Source: an uncultured delta proteobacterium
GTDB taxonomy: Bacteria > Desulfobacterota > BSN033 > UBA1163
Assembly: GCA_963708295.1 (NCBI GenBank)
Contig: CAVPSJ010000015.1
Location: 160,001-224,000, forward strand
Length of the DNA: 64,000 nt
Reading direction: 5' to 3'
The notes under the pieces are model-generated. The model was not told the origin of the DNA. It searched no databases and saw nothing but the letters and a program-made list of their open reading frames with translations. How positions within the stretch are numbered: the first letter of the stretch is position 1; each line of letters begins with the position of its first letter. Made by a program: the position numbers and the translations under genes. Shown one piece after another: positions 42,680 through 52,354 of this stretch.

Positions 42680-43798
42680 ATGTTAAATATATTAACCATC
42701 GACCTCGAAGATTACTTCCAGGTTCACGCTTTTTCAAGGGTCATCAGATATGAAGACTGGGACAAATTCGAATGCCGCATCGAACGCAACACCGACCGCC
42801 TCCTCGAAATTCTTAACGGTTCGCCAATAAATGACCGCAGCACAGCAGCACTTCATAACCCATTAACTCATTCACTCAATAACCCATCACGTGAGGTTTC
42901 AGAACCGCAGCGCTGCAGCACTTCATCACCCAATAACTCAATAACTCATTCACTCAATACCTCATTAACTCAAAGGGGCAAGGCGACTTTCTTTGTTTTG
43001 GGCTGGATCGCCGAACGATATCCTGATCTGGTTCGAAGGATTCAAAAAGAAGGTCATGAGATCGCCTGCCATGGTTACGCACACCAGCTTGTCTACACTC
43101 AATCCAGAGACGAATTCAGACAGGACGTCAGGAGAGCCAAATCTATTCTTGAAGATATCACAGGCAAAGAGGTCATCGGTTATCGTGCACCGACTTACTC
43201 CATAACAAATAAGTCAAAGTGGGCTTTTGACGTTCTGGTCGAAGAAGGATTCAAATATGACTCCAGCATCTTCCCGATTCGGCACGATTTCTACGGTATG
43301 CCTGAAGCCCCAAGGTTTCCTTTCGTCGTTTCCTTGAACGGAAACGACAATGTTGAGTTTTCAGTTTTGAATTTTGAATTTAATACTGCATCACTTAATA
43401 ACTCATTAACTCATTCACTTATTAACCCATCATCTGACATTTCAGCACCGCAGCACCGCAGCACCGCAGCACATTATTCAATTATTGAATTTCCCCTTTC
43501 CACCGTGAAACTCTTCGGCGGCAATTTCCCCGTCTCCGGAGGCGGCTACTTCAGGCTGTTCCCCTATTCACTGATAAGAAAGGGTCTCAAAAGCATTAAC
43601 GAGAAGGAAGGGAAGCCATTTATATTTTACATGCATCCCTGGGAGATTGATTTTGAGCAACCAAGAATCAAGGGTGTTTCTCCGAGATCAAAATTCCGTC
43701 ACTACGTCAACCTCAATAAAACTGGATTTAGGCTCAAGAGACTCCTATCCGATTTCCAATTCTCAAATATTCGGCAGCTCTTAACTCAAAATGCATAA
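42680..43798 (+). CDS. XrtA-system polysaccharide deacetylase with two repeat-derived inserts
   Basis: [45 protein letters not shown]. Confidence 0.92.
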   Translation: MLNILTIDLEDYFQVHAFSRVIRYEDWDKFECRIERNTDRLLEILNGSPINDRSTAALHNPLTHSLNNPSREVSEPQRCSTSSPNNSITHSLNTSLTQRGKATFFVLGWIAERYPDLVRRIQKEGHEIACHGYAHQLVYTQSRDEFRQDVRRAKSILEDITGKEVIGYRAPTYSITNKSKWAFDVLVEEGFKYDSSIFPIRHDFYGMPEAPRFPFVVSLNGNDNVEFSVLNFEFNTASLNNSLTHSLINPSSDISAPQHRSTAAHYSIIEFPLSTVKLFGGNFPVSGGGYFRLFPYSLIRKGLKSINEKEGKPFIFYMHPWEIDFEQPRIKGVSPRSKFRHYVNLNKTGFRLKRLLSDFQFSNIRQLLTQNA

Positions 43799-43967
43799 CC
43801 TCCTTAATAAAATTTGAATTTTAAGTGTTGAATGTTGAATTAACTCAAAACTCAAAATTGGTGGTTTATTTTGTTATTAAGAAACCGCAGCACCGCATCA
43901 CTGCTTCATCGGTCATTCAAAGCTGGCAACTCAAAATTCACACTTCATAACTTCTTTTAAGCATAGG

Positions 43968-43997
43968 TTGACATTTCGTTTTAGGAAGTGTACACTT
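43968..43997 (+). promoter_or_regulatory. sigma70 promoter/operator of TA module 1
   Basis: TTGACA-N17-TACACT with the -10 inside palindrome AAGTGTACACTT. Confidence 0.75.
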
Positions 43998-44026
43998 ATT
44001 TGAAAAGCGTCATGTGAGGGCTGGCC

Positions 44027-44260
44027 ATGGAAATAAATGCAAAGCAGGCAAGAGCGAAACTGAGCTCCCTTCTCAAAAGGGTGGAAGAGGGCGGTGAGGT
44101 GGTAGTTCTTCGCCGCGGTAAAAGAATTGCTCGCCTGGTACCCGCCGGGAAGAAACAGGCAAGGCTACCCACCTTGAAGGAATTCCGGGCCTCGATCCGG
44201 ATCAAAGGGGAACCGTTGAGCACGGGTGTCATAAGGGGCAGACAGAGGGAGCGTTTCTAA
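44027..44260 (+). CDS. Phd/YefM family antitoxin
   Basis: AKQARAKLSSLL..VE.G.EVVV.RRGK.IARLVP. Confidence 0.9.
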   Translation: MEINAKQARAKLSSLLKRVEEGGEVVVLRRGKRIARLVPAGKKQARLPTLKEFRASIRIKGEPLSTGVIRGRQRERF

Positions 44261-44682
44261 TGGTTTATGTCGATACAAGCGTGTTAGTCGCCTATTATTG
44301 CCCCGAACGCCTGAGCGAGAAAGCTGAGGAGCTGCTTACAAGTTATCTTAGGCCTGCGATCAGTTCTCTAACAGAGGTTGAATTATTCTCGGCTGTCTCA
44401 GGAAAAGTCCGAAGGAAGGAAATCAATCTAAAAGATGCCGGTCGGGTGACAGCGAGGTTTTTGGCCCATAGGGATGCTGATCACTATACGTATATTCCAG
44501 TTGAGGGACACCATTATCGTCTGGCAAGGGATTGGATTGGAATGTTTAAAATGGAGCTCCGAACTCTCGATGCAATTCATCTGGCAGTGGCCTCGTCAGA
44601 AGGACTGACTCTCCTAACATCGGATAAGGGACTCTTCAAATCAGCGAGCGCCCTGGCGCAGGACGCCATCCTGCTGGAATAG
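44260..44682 (+). CDS. VapC/PIN domain toxin
   Basis: YVDTSVL, E, LRTLDAIHLA, TSD; overlaps antitoxin stop. Confidence 0.9.
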   Translation: MVYVDTSVLVAYYCPERLSEKAEELLTSYLRPAISSLTEVELFSAVSGKVRRKEINLKDAGRVTARFLAHRDADHYTYIPVEGHHYRLARDWIGMFKMELRTLDAIHLAVASSEGLTLLTSDKGLFKSASALAQDAILLE

Positions 44683-44968
44683 ATTCTGGCCGCATCCACA
44701 ATTCAAAATTCATAACTCAAAATTGATAAATTGTTAGCTCATTCACTCAATAGCTCAAGGAACCCAAGTTACCCAACGAACCCAATAACCCGATAAACTC
44801 AAAAACACAGCAACACAGCAGGACTCATTAACTCAATGACCTCATAACTCATTATCTCATTCAAAATTCAAACCTGGTAACTTAAAAACTCAATAACTTA
44901 TTCTTATAAGTACCGCAGCACATAGTAACTCATTCCCTCATCTCCTTATGAACGATCTGAACATTCCC

Positions 44969-44997
44969 TTGACAATCTGCCTTGAGTGGTGTACACT
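44969..44997 (+). promoter_or_regulatory. sigma70 promoter of TA module 2
   Basis: TTGACA-N17-TACACT with GTGTACAC palindrome. Confidence 0.7.
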
Positions 44998-45006
44998 GTG
45001 ACTACA

Positions 45007-45306
45007 ATGAAGGTGAATATCAGAAAAGCCAGAGAGAACTTCTCGGAGATCATCAACCGAGTCACCGCAAAAGGGGAGAGAGTTATCCTGACCTCAAGAG
45101 ATAAGCCCAAGGCAGCCATCGTGAGTCTCAAAGATGCAGCGGCCATAGGAGACAAGTCCATGAGGAAGGCAAAAAGGCTCCATCAGCTGGAAAAAATCAG
45201 GAAGATGAGACAGAAACTGGCTCGAAAGAGATTAACGGACGATTCACTGGAGGCATTGGGAAAGATCAGAGAGGAAAGGGTTGAAGAACGATCAAGTGGC
45301 GGTTGA
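45007..45306 (+). CDS. Phd/YefM family antitoxin
   Basis: KARENFSEIINRV...GERVILT..KP.AAIV. Confidence 0.88.
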   Translation: MKVNIRKARENFSEIINRVTAKGERVILTSRDKPKAAIVSLKDAAAIGDKSMRKAKRLHQLEKIRKMRQKLARKRLTDDSLEALGKIREERVEERSSGG

Positions 45307-45706
45307 TGCCAGTTTTCTTTTGAAAATGTTTCTTCCCGAGAACAAGAGTGATCAAGCAGAAGAACTCTGGAGGGCTTGGGTTGGAGATCATGTAGAAATC
45401 GTTGCCCCTACCCTTATTATATTTGAAGTGTCTTCTGTCATAAGGAACAAGGTTTTTAGGGGTATGTTGACCGAGAGAGAGGGTAGAGAATTGATAAGTA
45501 TGCTGAGACAACTTGACATTTCATTAGTCTATGATGAGGAGCTCTTGGACATAGCATGGGAAATCGGGACCATCCTTAATAGCCCGAATCTATACGACTG
45601 TTTCTATCTTGCCCTGCCGAAACTGCTAAGGATACCTCTTTGGACAACGGATAAGAAACTATTCCAATCCGCCCAAAAAGAATTTGCATTTGTAAATCTA
45701 TTGTAG
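45281..45706 (+). CDS. VapC/PIN domain toxin
   Basis: VAVDASFLLK, E, YDCFYLAL, LWTTD. Confidence 0.9.
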   Translation: MKNDQVAVDASFLLKMFLPENKSDQAEELWRAWVGDHVEIVAPTLIIFEVSSVIRNKVFRGMLTEREGRELISMLRQLDISLVYDEELLDIAWEIGTILNSPNLYDCFYLALPKLLRIPLWTTDKKLFQSAQKEFAFVNLL

Positions 45707-45795
45707 GCCGACCTCACGCATTGCAACACCAATCACCCAAGTAACCCAATAAACTCAAATGACAGCATCACCGCAGTACTTATTAACTTAGGATT

Positions 45796-46896
45796 ATGGC
45801 CACAATCAGATTCTATCAAGATCTTGATAAAGAGCGATGGGATTCTTACGTTTTGAACCATCCCGACGGAACCTTTTTCCACCTCATCGGCTGGAAAGCA
45901 GTCATTGAAAAGACGTTTCGTCACAGATCCTATTATCTCATTGCTGAAAGCAGCGGCAGCTCAAACAACCCAAGTAACCCAAGTAACCCAAGCAACCCAA
46001 GTAACTCAAATAACCCAAGCAACCCGATTGTCGGGATCCTTCCACTTTTTTCCGTCAAGAGCTTTCTTTTCTGCAAATCTCTCGTTTCCGTTCCTTTCGC
46101 TGCCTATGGAGGGATCCTGGCTGATAACCCACAAGCTGCGGGTCAACTCTTCGATAAAGCCAAGGAAATAACCCGCTCCGAAGGGTTAGATTATCTTGAA
46201 CTCAGGAGTAAGGTCGGAGGGATTGATCTTCTACCCCAGAAAGAGCTCTATGTACTCTTCCGAAGAGAAATATTTGAAGACCTTGAATCCAATATGAATG
46301 CGATTCCGAGAAAGTCTCGAAGGATGATACGAGTCGGAGAGAAAGCGGGGTTGAGTTATACGTTCGGCCGTGAAGAATTACTTCCTGAATTTTATGATAT
46401 CCTTGCCAGAAGTTACCATCGACTCGGCAGCCCGGTCTTTTCAATTGAACTATTCGAAAACTTATTGGAACAATTGAAGGAGCAAGCCAACATTTTGCTT
46501 GTCAAGAATCGAGAAGGCAAGTCCATATCCAGCGTGTTGACTTTTTTTTACAAAGATCAAGTCCTTCCTTATTATGCCGGCTCCCTCCTTGAATACAGAG
46601 ATCTGGCTCCAAATGACTATATGTACTGGCAATTGATGCGATATGGATATGAAAATGGCTGCAAGTTATTTGACTTTGGAAGAAGCAAAGTGGATACAGG
46701 ATCGTACGACTTCAAGAGGCATTGGGGCTTTGAGCCAGAGCCTTTACCTTATCAATATTTCTTGAACCGGATGAATGAAATCCCAAACCTCAGCCCGGCA
46801 AACCCGAAATATCAGAAAAAGATCGAGATCTGGCGGAAACTGCCGTTTCTGGCTACTAGAATCATTGGACCTCATATTGTCAAATATATTCCGTAA
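45796..46896 (+). CDS. FemAB-like XrtA-system protein with (SNP)n insert
   Basis: GTFFHL.GW, SVPFAAYGG, FDFGRSK, FKRHWGF, NPKY. Confidence 0.9.
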   Translation: MATIRFYQDLDKERWDSYVLNHPDGTFFHLIGWKAVIEKTFRHRSYYLIAESSGSSNNPSNPSNPSNPSNSNNPSNPIVGILPLFSVKSFLFCKSLVSVPFAAYGGILADNPQAAGQLFDKAKEITRSEGLDYLELRSKVGGIDLLPQKELYVLFRREIFEDLESNMNAIPRKSRRMIRVGEKAGLSYTFGREELLPEFYDILARSYHRLGSPVFSIELFENLLEQLKEQANILLVKNREGKSISSVLTFFYKDQVLPYYAGSLLEYRDLAPNDYMYWQLMRYGYENGCKLFDFGRSKVDTGSYDFKRHWGFEPEPLPYQYFLNRMNEIPNLSPANPKYQKKIEIWRKLPFLATRIIGPHIVKYIP

Positions 46897-46964
46897 CAAT
46901 ACTTAAGGGAGGAGGTGTGAGGTTGGAGGCAAAAGATAATAATCATAAGGTTGCTGCAGGTTCC

Positions 46965-47369
46965 ATGAGAATAAGCGATAAATTTGTATTCCCATTTGAG
47001 AAACTTGAGGTGTGGCAGATGTCAGTTGATTTAGCGGAGAAGGTTCTCGATCTTCTTGAAGGAGTACCTCAAAATAAGCACATTCGTTTAGTTGGTCAAA
47101 TTGAGTCGGCAGTAACTTCTTCAGCGCAGAACATAGCTGAGGGTAGAGGCAGACAATACAAGAAGGAGTTTATCCAATTCTTACATATAGCCCAAGGGTC
47201 CATCTTTGAGGTAGTAACATTGAATGAGATCTTTCGGAGAAGGGCAATCTTTGCAGCTGAGGATACGAATGAGGTCAGATTTCGCTGCGAGCAGATTGAT
47301 CGTAAGTTAAACGGTTTAATTAACTCTCTTCGTGGTAATAAGCGCAAAAAGCCTGTAGGATTCGCCTGA
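46965..47369 (+). CDS. four helix bundle protein, copy 4
   Basis: FEKLEVWQ, QNIAEGRGRQYKKEFIQFL.IA.GS..E. Confidence 0.9.
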   Translation: MRISDKFVFPFEKLEVWQMSVDLAEKVLDLLEGVPQNKHIRLVGQIESAVTSSAQNIAEGRGRQYKKEFIQFLHIAQGSIFEVVTLNEIFRRRAIFAAEDTNEVRFRCEQIDRKLNGLINSLRGNKRKKPVGFA

Positions 47370-47449
47370 TACGTTTCGAATTATGCCTCAGACGGGTATA
47401 GTTGCCTTCGGCCTCAAATGAAGTGGTCCTCACACCTACAACGGTGTGG

Positions 47450-47643
47450 CAGCAAGCAACCAGCACCCGGCAACCAGAATCGAGTATCCAGTTTCTTGCT
47501 TCTGGTTTCTGGTTTCTTGATCTCCGATTCTAACCAGTAACGAGCAACTAGAAACTAGCAACTAGAAACGAGCAGCAAGCAACCAGCATCCAGCAACCAG
47601 ACAGCCAGAAACCAGCAACCAGAACCAGCAACCAGCAACCAGA
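47450..47643. repeat. 7-mer AACCAGC array with short inverted arm
   Basis: TTTCTGGTTTCTGG followed by many (A)ACCAGC/ACTAGAA units ending at the next ATG. Confidence 0.85.
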
Positions 47644-49111
47644 ATGAAGATTTTATACATCGCCCACCGTATTCCTTATCCTCCGAACAAGGGGGATAAG
47701 ATTCGGTCTTTTAATGAAATAAAGTACCTTTCCCAAAAGCATGAAATTCATCTTACCTGTTTAGCAGACGATCCCAAGGACCTAAAATATGAAGAGGAAT
47801 TAAAAAAATATTGTAAAGCGGTCAGGGTTGTTCTTATCAATCCCCAATTGGCGAAGTTGAAAAGTATCTTTTATCTATTGACCAAGCAACCATTGACCAT
47901 CCCTTATTTCTATTCATCAAAGCTCCAACAGACTGTTGACCAATTGCTATCGACCAATGACTACGATGCAATATTTTGCTTTTCATCTCCCATGGCTGAG
48001 TATGTCTTTAGATCCAGGTTGCTTGTTTCTAGTTTCTTGCAGCTTGATGAATACCGGCAACCAGCGACCAGCGGCCAGCAACCAAAAATCAGTAACTAGA
48101 AACGAGCGACTGGAAACAAGTGACCAGCAACCGGAAACCAGCAACCGGAAACCAGCATCCAGCAACCAGCAACCAAGATTAATCATGGACTTTGTCGACG
48201 TCGATTCAGACAAGTGGGCACAATACTCGAAATATGCACGGTTTCCAATGTCCTGGATCTATGCATTGGAAGGCCGAAGGTTGGCTGATTATGAAAGGAA
48301 CGTTGCGGAGACCTTTGATCATTCGATTTTTGTAACGGAAGCAGAGGTGAAAATATTTAAGGGTAAAAATCCCCATATCCAAAACGTTTCCGTTATCTCC
48401 AACGGCGTTGATCTTGACTACTTTTCCCCCAATTATCTTCACCAGGAATCAACTATCGACCAACGACCATCGGCAAATGAACGAGGTTCTTCGACTATCA
48501 ACCAACATCCAGCAACCATCAACCAGCCTCCGGAAACGAGCAACAAGCAACAAGCACCCAGCACCCAGCCTCCAGAATCAAGCAACCAGCAACCAGTTAT
48601 CGTTTTCACCGGCGCCATGGACTACTATGCCAACATAGACGGAGTGGTCTGGTTTGCAAAAGAAATTTTGCCTTTGATTAAGAAAGAAATCCCTGAAATA
48701 CAGTTTTTCATTGTTGGCAGCAACCCAACGAAAGAAGTTCTCTCTTTGTCTTCAAACAATGGTGTTACGGTAACAGGGTATGTCCCCGATACCAGGGAAT
48801 ATTTAAGTAAGGCGACGGTTGTCGTTGTCCCATTAAGAATAGCCAGAGGCATTCAGAACAAGATCCTTGAAGCCATGGCTATGGGTTTGCCTGTGGTCGC
48901 CACTCCGCAGGCATTTGAAGGAATTGATGCCCGGCCCAAGAGAGATCTGATCTTGGAAGAAAATACAGAGAAGTTTGGGGAGAGTGTAGTTCAACTCATA
49001 AGGAACATCTATCTGAGGAAATGCCTTGGTGATAATGCAAGAAAAGCTGTCGAAGACAACTACAGCTGGGTGAAGAACTTGGGCAAGTTAGACGAAGTCA
49101 TGTCACCTTAG
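47644..49111 (+). CDS. TIGR03087-type GT4 glycosyltransferase; frame break within a repeat insert
   Basis: HRIPYPPNKGDKIRS, MDFVDVDSDKW, FTGAMDY..N, ARGIQNKILEAMA. Confidence 0.88.
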
Positions 49112-49159
49112 GTTTCCTCTATTTGCAAGACTTGCACCTCCTCCTTTTAGGTTCTCCAG

Positions 49160-50323
49160 ATGATAGAGAATGGGCGACCGTTAATAGTGCATATCATTCG
49201 TCGGCTTAGCATGGGTGGTTTGGAAAATGGATTGGTCAATTTAATCAACCATATGGATCCGGCGCGCTATCGTCACGCTATCTTATGCCTGAAGGATTAC
49301 AACGAGTTTTCTGAGCGGATTATACGAGAGGACGTAGATGTCATCGCTCTGAACAAACGAGAGGGACAGGATTTAAGTGTCCATATCCGGTTGTGGAGAG
49401 TTCTTCGAAAATTGCAACCTGCCATTGTCCATACGCGTAATCTCCCGGGATTGGAATATCTGGTTCCCTCTACATTCGCCGGCGTACCAGCACGGATTCA
49501 TGGCGAACACGGACGTGATATCTACGACCTGGATGGTTTGAATAAAAGATATATCCTGCTTCGTAAGCTTGTAAACCCTTTTACTCATCAATACATTGCG
49601 GTAAGCGGGGAGCTTGCGAATTGGCTGATTCGGAGTGTGGGCATCCGTCCTGATCGGGTGACGCAAATTTATAATGGAGTTGACCTCAAACGGTTTCATC
49701 CCCGTGATGGCGCGCGACCTTCGTTGGGACCACCGGACTTTGCATCCGCAGAAAACCTGGTTATAGGGACGGTGGGTAGAATGGAAACGGTCAAGAACCA
49801 GCTTACATTGGTCCAGGCCTTCCTGCAGCTTCTTGATCAAGAACCGAAAGCCCGAGAAAGGTTAAGGTTAGTTATCATAGGTAATGGTCCATTGCGGTTG
49901 GAGGCTGAAAAGCTATTGAAGGATGCGAAAGCGGACCGTCTTGCATGGCTACCTGGAGAGCGAGATGATGTCCCTGCGATCATGCGATCTTTGGATCTAT
50001 TTGTCCTGCCCTCTCTTAGAGAGGGAATTTCTAATACGATTCTTGAGGCGATGGCTAGTGGCCTACCCGTCGTGGCTACCCGGGTAGGAGGAAACCCTGA
50101 ATTAGTCGAAGAGCGGAAAACTGGATTACTGAATCCCCCTGCAAATTCGATACCTTTGGCTGAAGCTATTCGATCCTATCTTCTACATCCGGAATTACTG
50201 TCTATCCATGGCCAAGCGGGCCGAAAACGAGCAGAAGAGTGCTTTAGTTTAGAGAAAATGGTAAGTGGATATACGGCTGTTTATGATAAATTGCTGGAGC
50301 GAAGGAAAAGGGCGGATAGATAA
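49160..50323 (+). CDS. TIGR03088-type GT4 glycosyltransferase
   Basis: GGLENG.VNLIN, HGEHGRD, EGISNTILEAMA. Confidence 0.92.
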   Translation: MIENGRPLIVHIIRRLSMGGLENGLVNLINHMDPARYRHAILCLKDYNEFSERIIREDVDVIALNKREGQDLSVHIRLWRVLRKLQPAIVHTRNLPGLEYLVPSTFAGVPARIHGEHGRDIYDLDGLNKRYILLRKLVNPFTHQYIAVSGELANWLIRSVGIRPDRVTQIYNGVDLKRFHPRDGARPSLGPPDFASAENLVIGTVGRMETVKNQLTLVQAFLQLLDQEPKARERLRLVIIGNGPLRLEAEKLLKDAKADRLAWLPGERDDVPAIMRSLDLFVLPSLREGISNTILEAMASGLPVVATRVGGNPELVEERKTGLLNPPANSIPLAEAIRSYLLHPELLSIHGQAGRKRAEECFSLEKMVSGYTAVYDKLLERRKRADR

Positions 50324-50408
50324 ATGGGTGAAGGAGCCGAATGGGTGAACAAATATTTGCTGGTTCACTACTTACCCATTCAGTTACCATGGAAGGAAGA
50401 GCGTTGAT

Positions 50409-52284
50409 ATGTGCGGCATCTGCGGAATCTACAATTTCAAGACTAAAGAGCCGGTTCGTTCCACTCAGCTCAAAGACATGGCAGATACGATGGTCCACCG
50501 CGGACCGGATGACGAAGGCTTCTATATTTCGGGAGAAACGGGTCTCGGACATCGGAGGCTCTCTATCATTGATCTTGGAGGCGGGCATCAACCCATGTCC
50601 AATGAGGATGGGACCGTATGGGTCGTTTTTAATGGGGAAATTTATAATTTTACAGAGTTGTATGATGTCCTGGTAGGAAAAGGGCACATCTTTAAAACCC
50701 GGTCTGATACGGAAGTCATTATTCATCTGTACGAAGAAAAGGGTGAAGAGTGTTTTCAATATTTTCGTGGAATGTTTGCGATGGCCATCTGGGATGAGAA
50801 GCATAAAAAGCTTCTTCTCGCTCGCGATAGGGTTGGTAAGAAGCCGCTTTTCTACTTCTATGATGGAGATCGCATTGTCTTTGCCTCAGAATTAAAGGCG
50901 ATTCTAAAAGCACCGGATATTCCAAGAGAGATTGATCTTGAAGCCCTTTCGGATTACTTTTCTTTCTTTTACATTCCAGTGCCAAAATCCATCTACAAAA
51001 AGATCCGTAAGATTCGTCCTGGCCATTATGCTCTTATTGATGATAATGGAATTCGAGAATCGGAATACTGGGATATTAGCTTCGCTCATCCCGTTGAACT
51101 TTCCGAAGAGAAATGGTGTGAAAAGCTCCTTGAGGTTTATCAGGAGGCGGTTCGAATTCGTTTGAGTGAGTGACGTGCCTCTCGGAACTTTTCTCTCCGG
51201 AGGCGTGGATTCCTCATCGGTGGTTGCATTAATGAGCCAGATAAAGAAGGAACCTGTTCAGACCTCCTCCATTGGTTTTGATGAACAAGAGTTCAATGAG
51301 CTTATTTACGCAAGGGAGGTATCGTCTCTATTTAACACCGATCATCACGAAAGGATTGTGCGACCTGATGCAGTAGGAATTGTCGAGAAACTTGCCTGGC
51401 ATTATGATGAACCTTTTGCGGATTCTTCAGCGGTCCCCACCTACTATGTCTCGAAGGTTGCCCGCGAAAAGGTCACCGTCGCACTGTCTGGAGACGGAGG
51501 CGATGAGAATTTCGCAGGCTACCGGCGTTATTATTTTGATCGTCAAGAAAATAAATTGCGGTCCTTCTTACCATTGGGTATTCGGCGACCAATTTTCGGC
51601 ACATTAGCATCCCTTTATCCAAAGGCAGATTGGGCGCCAAGGATCTTTCGCGCGAAATCAACCTTCGAGTCTCTTTCGTGTTCACCCCTTGAGGGATATT
51701 TTCGATCGGTTTCGGTCTTTCGTCCCGAACAAAAGCAGAAATTACTGCATCCGGATGTTCATAAAGCATTAGCCGGGTATAATTCTTCGGATGTATTTAA
51801 ATTTTACTATGACAAGGCTGATACCGATGATCCGCTATCTCGCATTCAGTACCTGGATATCAAGACCTATCTTACGGATGATATCCTTGCAAAAGTGGAT
51901 CGGGCAAGCATGGCTAACTCATTGGAAGTTCGTGCACCTATTCTCGATCACAAATTCATGGAGCTCGCTGCTACGATTCCGTCTTCGCTTAAACTTCAGG
52001 GAAGAAATGGCAAGTACATTTTCAAAAAAACCCTTGAAGGAGTTCTTCCGAAGGAAATTTTATATCGAAACAAGATGGGATTCGGCGTGCCATTGGCACG
52101 GTGGTTCCGTAAAGAATTAAAAGACTTGGCCTACGAGACTATTTTCAATAATACCCGTGATGACTTTTTTCAAAAATCTACGATCGAACAGATTTGGAAG
52201 CAACATCAAAGTGGGCTCCGTGACCGTTCAACACCCTTGTGGACTCTTTTTATGTTTCGACTATGGCAAAGGATTTTTTCGTAA
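50409..52284 (+). CDS. asnB: asparagine synthase (glutamine-hydrolysing) family amidotransferase; frameshift near 51165
   Basis: MCGICG, HRGPD, FNGEIYN, LSGGVDSS, SGDGGDE, KVDRASM. Confidence 0.9.
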
Positions 52285-52354
52285 GTACGAGACGATGGAA
52301 TGAGGGAATATTTTGAATGTTGTTTAGATATTTATTCTTATAACGCTTTGCGCG

